64,000 nucleotides of DNA, from the NCBI GenBank assembly GCA_934130285.1, contig CAKOXT010000005.1:52973-116972 (forward strand), written 5' to 3'. The translations under genes and the position numbers were made by a program. The stretch's first letter is position 1, and every line of letters starts with the position of its first letter. The notes under the pieces were generated by a model that had not been told where the DNA came from, did no database searches, and saw nothing but the letters and a program-made list of their open reading frames with translations. Source of the DNA: an uncultured Clostridia bacterium (GTDB taxonomy: Bacteria; Bacillota; Clostridia; TANB77; CAG-508). Below, in pieces: positions 27,103-37,353 of the stretch.

Positions 27103-27678
27103 GTGAAAAAACTGGTTATTTTTATAATGATGTTACTAATTTTTTTAGCAAGTTGTGGAATAGGTTACTTTTATTTAAATACAAGAGATGATCAGAAAAA
27201 AGAAAGTAAAGCTGATAAAAATATTTTAATAGAAAATAATGTTAAAGAAGAATATGTTTCAACAGAAACATCAGAAGAAAAAATATCACCCAATACCGAA
27301 ATTACTAAAGAGATTTTTTATTCAAAATGCGGTCATGAAATTATAGAAATCCAAAATGCTGATACAGAAATGGTTAATTTAACTAAAGAAGAATTTGAGA
27401 AAAAATACAAAGATTATCAAATAGAGGAGTTTTCATCTAAACAAATAAATTTATATACTCAGGTAGCTGGAATATGTCCAGAACATTATTTAGTAGGAGA
27501 ATCAGAAGGAATAATTAATATATATAAAATAAATGAAAAAGGTGAAACAGAATTGTATGAAACAACTAATGTATCATTAGAATATTTACCAGTAGAGGAA
27601 CAAGAAAAAATAAAAAGTGGAATAGAAGCCATAGGACAAGAAAACTTAAATCAAATATTAGAAAATTTAGAAAGTTGA
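27103..27678 (+). CDS. BofC-like sporulation protein (membrane/lipoprotein-anchored)
   Basis: Signal/lipobox-like LASCG. ..CGHE..NLTKEEF..CPEHYLVGESEGIINIY...LE.LES resembles the two BofC domains (from memory). Confidence 0.4.
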   Translation: MKKLVIFIMMLLIFLASCGIGYFYLNTRDDQKKESKADKNILIENNVKEEYVSTETSEEKISPNTEITKEIFYSKCGHEIIEIQNADTEMVNLTKEEFEKKYKDYQIEEFSSKQINLYTQVAGICPEHYLVGESEGIINIYKINEKGETELYETTNVSLEYLPVEEQEKIKSGIEAIGQENLNQILENLES

Positions 27679-27748
27679 CAGAGATGATATAATAATAGTG
27701 AAGTTCTTTTAAGAAACATCACGTTTCTATAATTAGGAGGTTGATAAC

Positions 27749-28102
27749 ATGAGAACTTTAGTTATTGCTCAGGACAAAACTACATTAAAAGCAATAGGCA
27801 AGGTTTTGAGAAAGGCAAAAGTAGAGTATGTTGTTGGAAGAAAAATCGAAGGAGCAGAAGATATTATAAGAGAAAAAGAAATTTCACTTGTAATAATTAA
27901 TTCTTTAGCTGACCAAAACAAAAGCAATCGAGAGAAGCAAATAAGAAATTTTCTTTATAAGCTAATGTTTGAAGAGCTTTTTCCTCAAATAATTATACTA
28001 ACGAAAACGCCTTTACCAGAAGAGTATATACCTCTTGAAAAATGTAGTTATGTCGAAACTTTTATGCAACTTAAAAGTAAGATAAGTCGCATAAAGCAAT
28101 AA
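27749..28102 (+). CDS. Single-domain receiver-like protein with a degenerate phospho-acceptor site
   Basis: MRTLVIAQDK...SLVIINSL: REC-like topology, but Q-D and N occupy the usual acidic positions. Strong RBS AGGAGG. A sample at 27781-27840 is 35% GC. Confidence 0.45.
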   Translation: MRTLVIAQDKTTLKAIGKVLRKAKVEYVVGRKIEGAEDIIREKEISLVIINSLADQNKSNREKQIRNFLYKLMFEELFPQIIILTKTPLPEEYIPLEKCSYVETFMQLKSKISRIKQ

Positions 28103-28231
28103 GAAGATAGAGGAGATCTTTTTCCTCTTTTCTCACTTTAAATATTACATGAGCAGGGAAATAAGCTCATTTTAAATATAAAAATACGTAGCATATTTTA
28201 GTGCTACGTATTTTTTATAATGAAACAGTTA

Positions 28232-30559
28232 TTAATTATTATTTGTATTTTTTATCTTTTTAGTTTGAACAGTAAATTTTAAACCATCTTTTTTAGCATC
28301 AACTTTAATAGTTTGACCAGGTAATACTTCTGATCTTAATAACATCTCTGCAATTTCGTCTTCAATATATTTTTGAATAGCTCTTCTAAGAGGTCTAGCA
28401 CCATATTTTAAATCAGTACCTTTTTCAAGAATATATTTCTTTGCTGCAGTTGTTACTGAAAGTTTGATATCTTTATTAGCTAAAGCTTCATCTGTATATT
28501 TTAATAATAAATCAATAATTTGAATCAATTCATCAGAAGTCAAACTATTAAATGTAACTATTTCATCAACACGATTCAAGAATTCAGGTCTAAATAATTC
28601 TTTTAAAGCAGAATTAATTTTTCCATTGTCAACAGATTGTTTTCCAAATCCAATTGAGTTAGTATTTAAATTTGAACCAGCATTTGATGTCATAATAATG
28701 ATTGTATTTTCAAAGTTAACAGTGTTACCTTGAGAGTCAGTTAATTTTCCATCATCCAAAACTTGAAGTAAAATATTGAATACATCTGGATGAGCTTTTT
28801 CAATTTCATCTAAAAGAATAATAGAATAAGGTTTTCTTTTAACTTTTTCAGTTAATTGACCAGCATCATCGTATCCAACATATCCTGGAGGTGAACCAAT
28901 TAATTTAGAAGTTGAATGACTTTCCATATATTCAGACATATCAATTCTTATAATAGATTCTTCACTTCCAAACATTTCAGTAGCAAGAGCCTTTGCAAGT
29001 TCTGTTTTACCAACACCAGTTGGGCCAACAAATATAAATGAAGGTGGCCTCTTTGTTGTTTGAAGACCTGCACGATTTCTTCTGATTGCTTTAGCAACAG
29101 CAGAAACAGCAGCGTTTTGACCTATAATTCTCTTGTGAAGATTTGCTTCTAGGTTTAATAGTTTTTGAGTTTCAGCTTCAGTAATTTTAGTTACAGGGAT
29201 TTTAGTCCAGCTCTCAATAACTTCAGCAATATCTTGAACAGTTAAAGCTTTAAGTTGTAAGTTTTTATTTAATTCTTCTAAACGATCATTTAAAATACAC
29301 TCTTTAGTTTTTAAATCTGCAGCTTTTTGATAATCTTCAGTAGAATCAGAAGAAACAGCTTCTTCTTTTTCTTCTGCAATTTTTTCTAATTGATTTTTAA
29401 TAACTTCAATTTCATAAAGTTCTTTGTTATTTAAGTTAATTCTAGAACAAGCTTCATCGATTAAATCAATTGCTTTATCTGGTAAAAATCTATCATGAAT
29501 ATATTTTTCAGACATCTTAACAGTTTTTTCAATAACATCATTAGAAATTAATACTTTATGGAAGTCTTCATAATATTTTTTAATTCCTTTAATAATTTCA
29601 ACAGTATCATCAATAGAAGGTTCATCAATAATAACAGGTTGGAATCTTCTTTCTAAAGCAGAATCTTTTTCAATATATTTTCTGTACTCAGTAAGAGTAG
29701 TAGTTCCAATTAATTGAATATCACCATTAGAAAGAGAAGGTTTTAAAATATTAGCTGCATTCATAGAATGTTCAGCATCACCAGCCCCAATAATATTGTG
29801 AATTTCATCTATAACTAAAATAATATTTCCATAAGTTTTACATTCATCAACTAAAGATTTCATTCTAGATTCAAACTGACCTCTAAATTGAGTACCAGCG
29901 ATCATTGCAGTCATATCAATCAAGTAGACTTCTTTGTTAAGTAGTTTTGCAGGAACATTTCCTTCTGCAATTCTTATAGCTAATCCTTGAGCAATAGCGG
30001 TTTTACCAACACCAGGTTCACCAATTAAACAAGGGTTATTTTTAGAACGTCTATTTAATATTTGAGTAATTCTTTGAATTTCTTTATTTCTACCTATAAC
30101 TCTATCAAGTTTTCCTTGTTTAGCTTTTTCAGTCAAGTTTGTTCCAAAAGAATCAAGAAATCTTTTTTTCTTTTCCTTTGGTCTCTTTTCTGTTTTAACC
30201 TTTTTTCTTTCTTGAGAACCTGCAGCTCTTTCACTTGAAGGTTCAGCAGAATCACTATTGTCATCATTTTTCTTATTTATACCAAAAATATTTCCAAGCA
30301 AAGGACCGATTGATTGCATATCATCTCCATCAGTTCCAGAAATATTTTCAGTAATATCATTAAAAATATTCTCAAGTTGAGAAGACATGTCATTAAGTTC
30401 ATCTTCTGAAAGATTAGATTGTTTAGCTAAAACTTCTAAAGGATTTATTCCTTTTTCTTTTGCACAATTGTAGCACAATCCTTCAACAGAGTTTTTACCA
30501 TCTTCTATTTTATTTATAAATATAACTGCTGTATTTTTTTTACATATTGAACATAACAT
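28232..30559 (-). CDS. clpE: Clp/Hsp100 ATPase with an N-terminal zinc finger (ClpE-like)
   Basis: 775 aa. CSIC..x22..CYNC N-terminus, two AAA+ modules (GEPGVGKT, GPTGVGKT) and an IGF ClpP-docking tripeptide. Confidence 0.8.
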   Translation of the reverse strand: MLCSICKKNTAVIFINKIEDGKNSVEGLCYNCAKEKGINPLEVLAKQSNLSEDELNDMSSQLENIFNDITENISGTDGDDMQSIGPLLGNIFGINKKNDDNSDSAEPSSERAAGSQERKKVKTEKRPKEKKKRFLDSFGTNLTEKAKQGKLDRVIGRNKEIQRITQILNRRSKNNPCLIGEPGVGKTAIAQGLAIRIAEGNVPAKLLNKEVYLIDMTAMIAGTQFRGQFESRMKSLVDECKTYGNIILVIDEIHNIIGAGDAEHSMNAANILKPSLSNGDIQLIGTTTLTEYRKYIEKDSALERRFQPVIIDEPSIDDTVEIIKGIKKYYEDFHKVLISNDVIEKTVKMSEKYIHDRFLPDKAIDLIDEACSRINLNNKELYEIEVIKNQLEKIAEEKEEAVSSDSTEDYQKAADLKTKECILNDRLEELNKNLQLKALTVQDIAEVIESWTKIPVTKITEAETQKLLNLEANLHKRIIGQNAAVSAVAKAIRRNRAGLQTTKRPPSFIFVGPTGVGKTELAKALATEMFGSEESIIRIDMSEYMESHSTSKLIGSPPGYVGYDDAGQLTEKVKRKPYSIILLDEIEKAHPDVFNILLQVLDDGKLTDSQGNTVNFENTIIIMTSNAGSNLNTNSIGFGKQSVDNGKINSALKELFRPEFLNRVDEIVTFNSLTSDELIQIIDLLLKYTDEALANKDIKLSVTTAAKKYILEKGTDLKYGARPLRRAIQKYIEDEIAEMLLRSEVLPGQTIKVDAKKDGLKFTVQTKKIKNTNNN

Positions 30560-30766
30560 TATAAGTAATCTCTCCTTAAAATTATTGTATATTAACCTAT
30601 AAAATGAAGATTAATATACTAAAATATAATACAACAAAAAGCCCGAATAGTCAAGAAAACAAACGTGAAATAATGCCCATTTAATAATTGAAATAAATTA
30701 GTTTTAATGTTATACTATAATAAGTTATTTTTGATTTTAAAAATTATGATTTACAAAGGAGTTTAT

Positions 30767-31633
30767 ATGGAAAAAAATAAAGAAAAAGATACTGACAAAA
30801 TATTAGGTATGAATAGAGTAATGTTTTTTATAATAGTAATTCTACTTTGTATATTATCATTAAGTATAGGAATATATGCACAAGTATTTTATAGATACTC
30901 TGATACTGATCCTTTTATGTTAGGAATAGGAGTAAATAAAACACAAAATGCAGCAGAAATAAATCGATTAAAAAATGAGTTTAGTAAGATATGCACAAAT
31001 GATTTATCTGGTACAACAACAGCAAGTATAAAGAAAAAAGATGATAGTAAAGATATAGTATATACATATAAAACAGTAGCTGAAAAAGATGATAAATATA
31101 GCATAAGTGCATATTTACCCAAAGTTAATATTAATGCAGATTATGCGGATAAAATAAATGCTCAAATCTCACAAGATTATGAAGATACGATAAATGACAT
31201 AATTGATAACGCAAAAGAAGATACAGATTATAGTGTTACATACAAAGCTTATTTAAATGGCGATTTATTATCAATTTTGATAAAAGAAAATATTCATAAA
31301 GGAAAATCAACACAAAGTTCAAAAATCAAAACATATAATTACAATTTAAATAACAATACAGAAGTTGGAATAATGGATATCGTAGAGGCAAAAAATTATA
31401 AACAAAAAGAGATTCAAAAAGAAATTGATACAGAAATTGAAGCATTAAATAAAAAAGATGAAGAAATTAAAACACAATATTCAGAAGTGAAATTAAGAGA
31501 TCTAAACAACAGCATGTACAAAATAGAAAATACTGAAAACTTTATAATAAATGATCAAGGGTATTTATATTTAATATATGCTTATGGAAATACTGAAGAT
31601 ACAAATAAAATAGATACAATAATATTTGAATAG
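30767..31633 (+). CDS. Hypothetical membrane-anchored extracytoplasmic protein
   Basis: The ATG at 30767 follows AAGGAG. One TM segment, then a 240-aa polar domain. Confidence 0.5.
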   Translation: MEKNKEKDTDKILGMNRVMFFIIVILLCILSLSIGIYAQVFYRYSDTDPFMLGIGVNKTQNAAEINRLKNEFSKICTNDLSGTTTASIKKKDDSKDIVYTYKTVAEKDDKYSISAYLPKVNINADYADKINAQISQDYEDTINDIIDNAKEDTDYSVTYKAYLNGDLLSILIKENIHKGKSTQSSKIKTYNYNLNNNTEVGIMDIVEAKNYKQKEIQKEIDTEIEALNKKDEEIKTQYSEVKLRDLNNSMYKIENTENFIINDQGYLYLIYAYGNTEDTNKIDTIIFE

Positions 31634-31643
31634 GGGGATAAAA

Positions 31644-32900
31644 TTGAAAAATAGAGCGGTGCAAATTCTGCTTATATTTAGCCTAGTAGTAATATTACTA
31701 GGAAACAATCTTGCTAAAGCAGATGAAACAACAGTAGCCAGCGAGACAACAACAGAAGAACAACAAATTGAGGAAAGAACAAAAGAAGCACAAGCAGATG
31801 TACAAAAAAATGAGACAAAAGTAATAGAAAGTGTAAAAGCCAAAGTTATTGAAGCTGGAACACCATATGAAAGAGATAATGGAAGTGGCGGAAAAGAAAC
31901 AGTTCAAGATGTAAAATTAAAAATACTTCAAGGAAAAGAAAAAAGTGAGAAATTTGAAGCTACTTACATAATGACATATGATATAGATAACAAGATAGTT
32001 GGATATGAGCTAAGAAAAGGAAGCACAGTATTTGTTAACATAGAAAATAATAATGGAGAGATAAAAGTATCTATTCAAGATGTAGTTAGACAAAACTATC
32101 TAATAGGATTAATTATATTTTTCTTTGCAAGTATATTATTAATTGGAAGAAAAAAAGGATTAAAATCGATAATAGGATTATTAATAACAATATTAGCAAT
32201 ATTCTTTGTGCTATTAATGGCAATCTTCAAAGGATATAATGCTGTATTAGTATCAATTGGAACATGTTTTGCTATTATAATTTTAACATTTGCTATAATA
32301 GGTGGATGGAATAAAAAAACAATATCAGCAGCACTTGGAACTCTTGGAGGAGTTGTTCTAGCTGGAGTGATAGCAACAATAACTGGGTATTTAGCACAGT
32401 TATCTGGTGCAGGAAAAGAAGAAGCAATCATGCTAAGTGTAGCTTCAAAAAATGTTGTATTTAATTTTAGAGAATTATTATTTGCAGAAATAATAGTATC
32501 AGCGTTAGGTGCATGTATGGACGTTGGAATGTCAATAGCATCAAGTTTAAGCGAATTAAAATTAAAAAATCCAAGTATGACCGGAAAAGAATTATTTAAA
32601 AGTGGAATGAACATTGGTGGAGATATGATTGGAACAATGACAAATACTTTAATACTTTCATTTATAGGTTCATCATTAGTATTAGTTCTATTATATATGT
32701 CATCAAGTATAAAATTTACAGATGTAATAAATATAGAAGCAATAGCAACAGAAGCTGTATGCGCTATATCAGGAAGTATAGGAATTGTATATACAGTGCC
32801 TATAACAGCAGCAATATATGCTTTTATAAATAGAGATAAAGAAATATATAAAGTAAAATCTGAAAATATAATTAAAGGAAAAAGAAGCTTAAAATTATAG
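31644..32900 (+). CDS. YibE/F-family integral membrane protein
   Basis: Signal peptide (the TTG at 31644 follows GGGGGA), a soluble N-domain, then about 6 TM segments with ..GGDMIGTMTNTLILSF.. typical of YibE/F. Confidence 0.6.
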   Translation: MKNRAVQILLIFSLVVILLGNNLAKADETTVASETTTEEQQIEERTKEAQADVQKNETKVIESVKAKVIEAGTPYERDNGSGGKETVQDVKLKILQGKEKSEKFEATYIMTYDIDNKIVGYELRKGSTVFVNIENNNGEIKVSIQDVVRQNYLIGLIIFFFASILLIGRKKGLKSIIGLLITILAIFFVLLMAIFKGYNAVLVSIGTCFAIIILTFAIIGGWNKKTISAALGTLGGVVLAGVIATITGYLAQLSGAGKEEAIMLSVASKNVVFNFRELLFAEIIVSALGACMDVGMSIASSLSELKLKNPSMTGKELFKSGMNIGGDMIGTMTNTLILSFIGSSLVLVLLYMSSSIKFTDVINIEAIATEAVCAISGSIGIVYTVPITAAIYAFINRDKEIYKVKSENIIKGKRSLKL

Positions 32901-32920
32901 AAGAAACATTATAAATTTTT

Positions 32921-32974
32921 TGAAGTGGCAACATGAAAGTAGAACCCCAAGTCTGCGTTCATAATGCCACTTCA
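32921..32974. repeat. 54-nt conserved imperfect hairpin, copy 1 (TGAAGTGG-N38-CCACTTCA)
   Basis: Its termini, its 38-nt interior length and its TTAyAT 3' flank are all identical to the element at 50887-50940. The interior differs by stem-preserving changes. Confidence 0.5.
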
Positions 32975-33089
32975 TTACATTGTGAAATAGTTATTGCAAT
33001 TAGAAAAATATAAAACAATAATGATATAAATAAATCCCCTTGGTATAACACTAAGGGGATTTGTTATGAAAAAATGTATTCTTATAATG

Positions 33090-34361
33090 CTAAGGTTGTT
33101 CAACCAAAGTTAATTTAACATCCATCTCTTTTCCATCTCTAGATATTGTTAAAGTAACCTCATCACCAATCTTACAAGCATTCTTCTTTTGATTCAATTC
33201 AGACATTGTTTCAACTGTTTCACCATTGAATTTTAAAATAACATCTCCAACTTTTAAATCGGCATTTTTAGCTGGTCCGTCAGATTGTATTTGAGCAATA
33301 TAAATACCAATTGGTAAGTTATAATAGTTAGAGTATTGTTCTGTAACATCAGCTCCAGAAATACCTATATAAGGCCTTTTAACCTTACCAGAAGAAATTA
33401 ATTGTTCAGAAATATCTAAGGTTGAATTAATTGGAATAGCAAATCCCATACCTTCAATACCTGTTCCAGACATTTTTAAAGTATTAATACCGATTAGTTT
33501 TCCATCAGCATTAACTAAAGCACCACCACTGTTACCAGAATTTATAGCTGCATCTGTTTGAATTAAAGTATATGTTGTACCAGTAGAATCAGTAATTTCT
33601 CTATTTACACCACTAATAATACCAGATGTTACAGTGTTTCTCATATCAAGTGGATTACCTATTGCCATTGCAAATTCACCAACTTGAACTGAATCAGAAT
33701 CACCGATTTCAGCAGGTGTTAAATTATCTCTATCAATTTTCAAAATAGCTAAATCAGTAACACTATCAGAACCAATTATTTTAGCTTCAATAGGATCATC
33801 TTCATTATATAAATAAACTAAAACTTTATTAGCTTCAGATACTGTATAGTAAGAAGATGATGATGAAGATGATGTATCAATAATATGATTGTTTGTTAAA
33901 ATATAACCATCTTTTGAAATTATAACACCTGATCCAGTAGCTTTAGATGTTGTTGATTGTGTTGCTGCTGAAAATGTTGGAAAATTTGAAGAAACAGAAA
34001 AGTCTACTTCAATACCAACAACAGAAGGCAATACTTTATTAGCTACAGAAATAGCAGTGTTTGAATAATCTTCAATACTTACACCTGTATTAACAGAACC
34101 TTCAGAAGTGAAGATTTTAGAAATAGGATTTTCTTTGCTTGAATCATCAGAATCAGATGAAACTAATAAGTTCCTAAAAGATGGAACATAGAAGCAAAGT
34201 CCTAAAATTAAAGCAGCTCCAACTAATCCAGAAATAAATGAAATAAAAACTGTCTTAAATGAAGAACTTTTTTTCTTTTTTGTTTTATCGACAGTAACAT
34301 TATTTGAATTTGAAGGAACTTTTACAAATCCATGTTCAGATTTTTCATTGTTATTATCCAT
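33090..34361 (-). CDS. htrA: HtrA/DegP-family serine protease with a PDZ domain
   Basis: N-terminal TM segment, trypsin-like core (..TNNHI.., DLAILK, GNSGGAL), C-terminal PDZ. Confidence 0.85.
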   Translation of the reverse strand: MDNNNEKSEHGFVKVPSNSNNVTVDKTKKKKSSSFKTVFISFISGLVGAALILGLCFYVPSFRNLLVSSDSDDSSKENPISKIFTSEGSVNTGVSIEDYSNTAISVANKVLPSVVGIEVDFSVSSNFPTFSAATQSTTSKATGSGVIISKDGYILTNNHIIDTSSSSSSSYYTVSEANKVLVYLYNEDDPIEAKIIGSDSVTDLAILKIDRDNLTPAEIGDSDSVQVGEFAMAIGNPLDMRNTVTSGIISGVNREITDSTGTTYTLIQTDAAINSGNSGGALVNADGKLIGINTLKMSGTGIEGMGFAIPINSTLDISEQLISSGKVKRPYIGISGADVTEQYSNYYNLPIGIYIAQIQSDGPAKNADLKVGDVILKFNGETVETMSELNQKKNACKIGDEVTLTISRDGKEMDVKLTLVEQP

Positions 34362-34582
34362 AATAACCTCCTTAAAATATATAATATAATTTATACTTTT
34401 TTAGTAAAAACTACAATATTATTAAATAAATTGTAAAAGAATATTCTTAAAATGACCTAAAGTATAAAATTAATTTATTAAATAAAAACTAAGAAAAATA
34501 AAAGTTTTTATTGTTGAAAAATATAAAATCTATATATATAATAAAAATATAAAATTAAAAAAAACTTAAATTCGGAGGAAAT

Positions 34583-35182
34583 ATGATAAAAAAAGAAAAC
34601 GGTGTTACTCTTACAATTTTATTAGTAACAATAGTTATAATGATAATTTTGGCAGGCGTTATAATGTCAATAAGTATGAGTTTAACTAAAACATCTGATA
34701 TAAAAGAAATAGTGGCAAACATGGAACTTATAAGAGGCGTTGCATCTGATTATAGAAATAAATATTTAGATGATTCAGAAATAGAAAGAGATGATAATAA
34801 CAACATTACATCAATAAAAGTATCAACAAATTTCATAGGAACTAAAGAAGATCCTTATCAAGCTAACAGTATAATCCAGCAGTTATTAAGGTCAACATAT
34901 TCAGATTCAGAATTTTTAAATTTATTATCACAAGAAAAAAGGTGGTATTGGTATAGGTTAGACAAAACAGATTTAGATAAAATGGGATTAAACAATATAG
35001 ATTTAGATAATGAAGCATACCTAGTTAATTATTATGACCTAGATGTTGCATATTGCAAAACAACTTTAGATGACAGCAACCGTTATAAGGGAATAAAATC
35101 AAAACAAAAAAATGGTGAGACAAAATATGTATATTTCTACGAAGGTTTAAAAAATTTAAAAACAGATGAAATGAGTAATTAA
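34583..35182 (+). CDS. Pilin/pseudopilin-like protein (prepilin-type N-terminus lacking Glu5)
   Basis: MIKKENG/VTLTILLVTIVIMIILAGV: a short basic leader, Gly, then a hydrophobic helix. Position +5 is Ile. Confidence 0.4.
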   Translation: MIKKENGVTLTILLVTIVIMIILAGVIMSISMSLTKTSDIKEIVANMELIRGVASDYRNKYLDDSEIERDDNNNITSIKVSTNFIGTKEDPYQANSIIQQLLRSTYSDSEFLNLLSQEKRWYWYRLDKTDLDKMGLNNIDLDNEAYLVNYYDLDVAYCKTTLDDSNRYKGIKSKQKNGETKYVYFYEGLKNLKTDEMSN

Positions 35183-35183
35183 G

Positions 35184-35813
35184 ATGAAAGAAAAAGAAGA
35201 AGAAAGATTAAAAGAATTAAAAAAAGATGAAGAAAAACTACACTCTAATGGAGTGAAATTAATAGCTGGAATTGATGAAGCAGGAAGAGGACCATTAGCA
35301 GGACCAGTTGTCGTTGGAATAGCTATAATGCCAGAAAATTCAATGATAGAAGGAGTAAATGATTCCAAAAAAGTTTCAGAGAAAAAAAGAGAAAAACTAT
35401 ATGATTTAATAACACAAGAAGCAATAGCTTGGAATGTTGGAATAGCAGATCAAAATGAAATTGATGAAATTAATATATTAAATGCAACTAAATTAGCTTT
35501 AACAAGAGCAATCGAAGGTTTGAAAATTAAACCAGATCTAATATTAGTAGATGCATTAACAAATATAAATACACTTGGAATACCATATAAGTCAATAATA
35601 AAAGGAGATGCTAAAGAGTATTCAATAGCAGCTGCATCAATACTTGCAAAAGTTACAAGGGACAGAATGATGAGAGAATATGATGAGATATATCCTCAAT
35701 ATGGATTTAGTGGCCACAAAGGATATGGAACTGCGAAACATATAGCAGCTATAAAAGAATATGGACCATGTATACTACATAGAAAATCTTTTATAAAAAA
35801 CTTTATAAAGTAA
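35184..35813 (+). CDS. rnhB: Ribonuclease HII
   Basis: GIDEAGRGPLAGPVV and DSK motifs. 209 aa. Confidence 0.9.
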   Translation: MKEKEEERLKELKKDEEKLHSNGVKLIAGIDEAGRGPLAGPVVVGIAIMPENSMIEGVNDSKKVSEKKREKLYDLITQEAIAWNVGIADQNEIDEINILNATKLALTRAIEGLKIKPDLILVDALTNINTLGIPYKSIIKGDAKEYSIAAASILAKVTRDRMMREYDEIYPQYGFSGHKGYGTAKHIAAIKEYGPCILHRKSFIKNFIK

Positions 35814-35826
35814 AGGAGAACATCAA

Positions 35827-37131
35827 ATGAATATTTTAAGTATAATAGCTAAAAAAAGAGATAAAAAAGTTTTAACAAAAGAAGAAATTGAACTATTTGT
35901 AAAAGATTATACAAATGGAAAGATTACAGATTATCAAGCAGCAGCATTAATAATGGCAATATATATAAATGGAATGAATAATGAAGAAATAACTAACTTA
36001 ACACTTGCAATGGCGCATTCAGGAGATACATTAGATTTAAGTGATATTTCTACAAGCATAGTAGATAAACACTCAACAGGAGGTGTAGGCGATAAAATCA
36101 CATTAATTTTAATGCCAATAATAGCATCATTAGGAATACCAGTTGCCAAAATGTCTGGAAGAGGATTAGGTTTCACAGGTGGAACAATAGATAAATTAGA
36201 ATCAATACCAGGATACAATGTTAATTTAACTATAGATGAATTTAAAGATAATGTTAGAGAAATTGGAATAAGTTTAATAGCAGCAAGTTTAAATCTAGCG
36301 CCAGCAGATAAAAAAATATATGCATTAAGAGACACTATTGCATGTACAGCAAATATTCCTTTAATTGCATCAAGTGTAATGAGCAAAAAAATTGCAGCAG
36401 GAGCAAATAAAATCTTAATAGATATTACTTGTGGTACAGGTGCATTTATGAAAGATGTAAGATCAGCTAAAGAACTAGCAAGTATGATGATAAAAATAGG
36501 AAGATTAGCAGGAAGAGAAGTGAGATGTGTAATTACTAACATGGACGAACCAATTGGTTATGCAATAGGAAACTCACTAGAAGTAATAGAAGCAGTTAGA
36601 GCTTTAAAAGGTGACATGCCAGAAGATATACAAGAAATAATAAGAACACTAGGAACACAAATGATATTGATGTCAGGTGCAACACAAGATGCACTTGAAG
36701 CAGAAAAAATGATAGTAGATGCAATAAATTCAGGAAGAGCATTTGAAAAATTTAAAGAATTAGTTGCAAAACAAGGTGGAGATGTAAGTTATATAGAAAG
36801 CACAGATAAATTTGAAAAAGCAAAATACATTATTCCAGTATTTGCAGAAGAAAGAGGAGCATTAAAAGAAATAGATACAGAAATGATAGGAAACATATCT
36901 GTATATTTAGGAGCGGGAAGAGTTAGAAAAGAGGATGAAATTGATCATGCAGCTGGAATAATAATGAACCAAAGAATTGGAAATGTAGTAGAAGTTGGAC
37001 AAGTATTAGCATATATTCATACAAATGATGAATCAAAGATTGAAGGGGCTTTAAAGAATATGAAAGATGCATTTATACTTGATCCAAAACGAGTAGCAAA
37101 ACCAAAAACAATATTAGGAATTATAAAATAA
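35827..37131 (+). CDS. pdp: Pyrimidine-nucleoside (thymidine) phosphorylase
   Basis: 434 aa. ..DKHSTGGVGDK.. and ..SGRGLGFTGGT.. motifs. Confidence 0.9.
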   Translation: MNILSIIAKKRDKKVLTKEEIELFVKDYTNGKITDYQAAALIMAIYINGMNNEEITNLTLAMAHSGDTLDLSDISTSIVDKHSTGGVGDKITLILMPIIASLGIPVAKMSGRGLGFTGGTIDKLESIPGYNVNLTIDEFKDNVREIGISLIAASLNLAPADKKIYALRDTIACTANIPLIASSVMSKKIAAGANKILIDITCGTGAFMKDVRSAKELASMMIKIGRLAGREVRCVITNMDEPIGYAIGNSLEVIEAVRALKGDMPEDIQEIIRTLGTQMILMSGATQDALEAEKMIVDAINSGRAFEKFKELVAKQGGDVSYIESTDKFEKAKYIIPVFAEERGALKEIDTEMIGNISVYLGAGRVRKEDEIDHAAGIIMNQRIGNVVEVGQVLAYIHTNDESKIEGALKNMKDAFILDPKRVAKPKTILGIIK

Positions 37132-37302
37132 AACAGATAAAAGAAAAGAGGCAATATTTACAATAAATATTGCCTTTTATAAAATTTATTTTTATAAACA
37201 ATAATATTGTAAAACTTTATATAGAACTAAGAAAACTACCAATAGAATGGAAAAGAGATTATGCTAAGTAAGAATAAAATTTTCAAAAAAATATATTAAT
37301 AA

Positions 37303-37332
37303 TGAAACCAAACCCAAACATGATTTGTATTA
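37303..37332 (+). promoter_or_regulatory. ECF-type promoter candidate
   Basis: TGAAAC-N17-TGTATT, about 25 nt upstream of the ECF sigma gene. Confidence 0.3.
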
Positions 37333-37353
37333 TAAGTAGATTGGAGGTCCAAA

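Noticed and set aside
30560-30706. CtsR operator upstream of the clpE-like gene
   Set aside because: Only AGTCAAG-AAA-ACAAACG is present. The second heptad does not match the RGTCAAA direct repeat.
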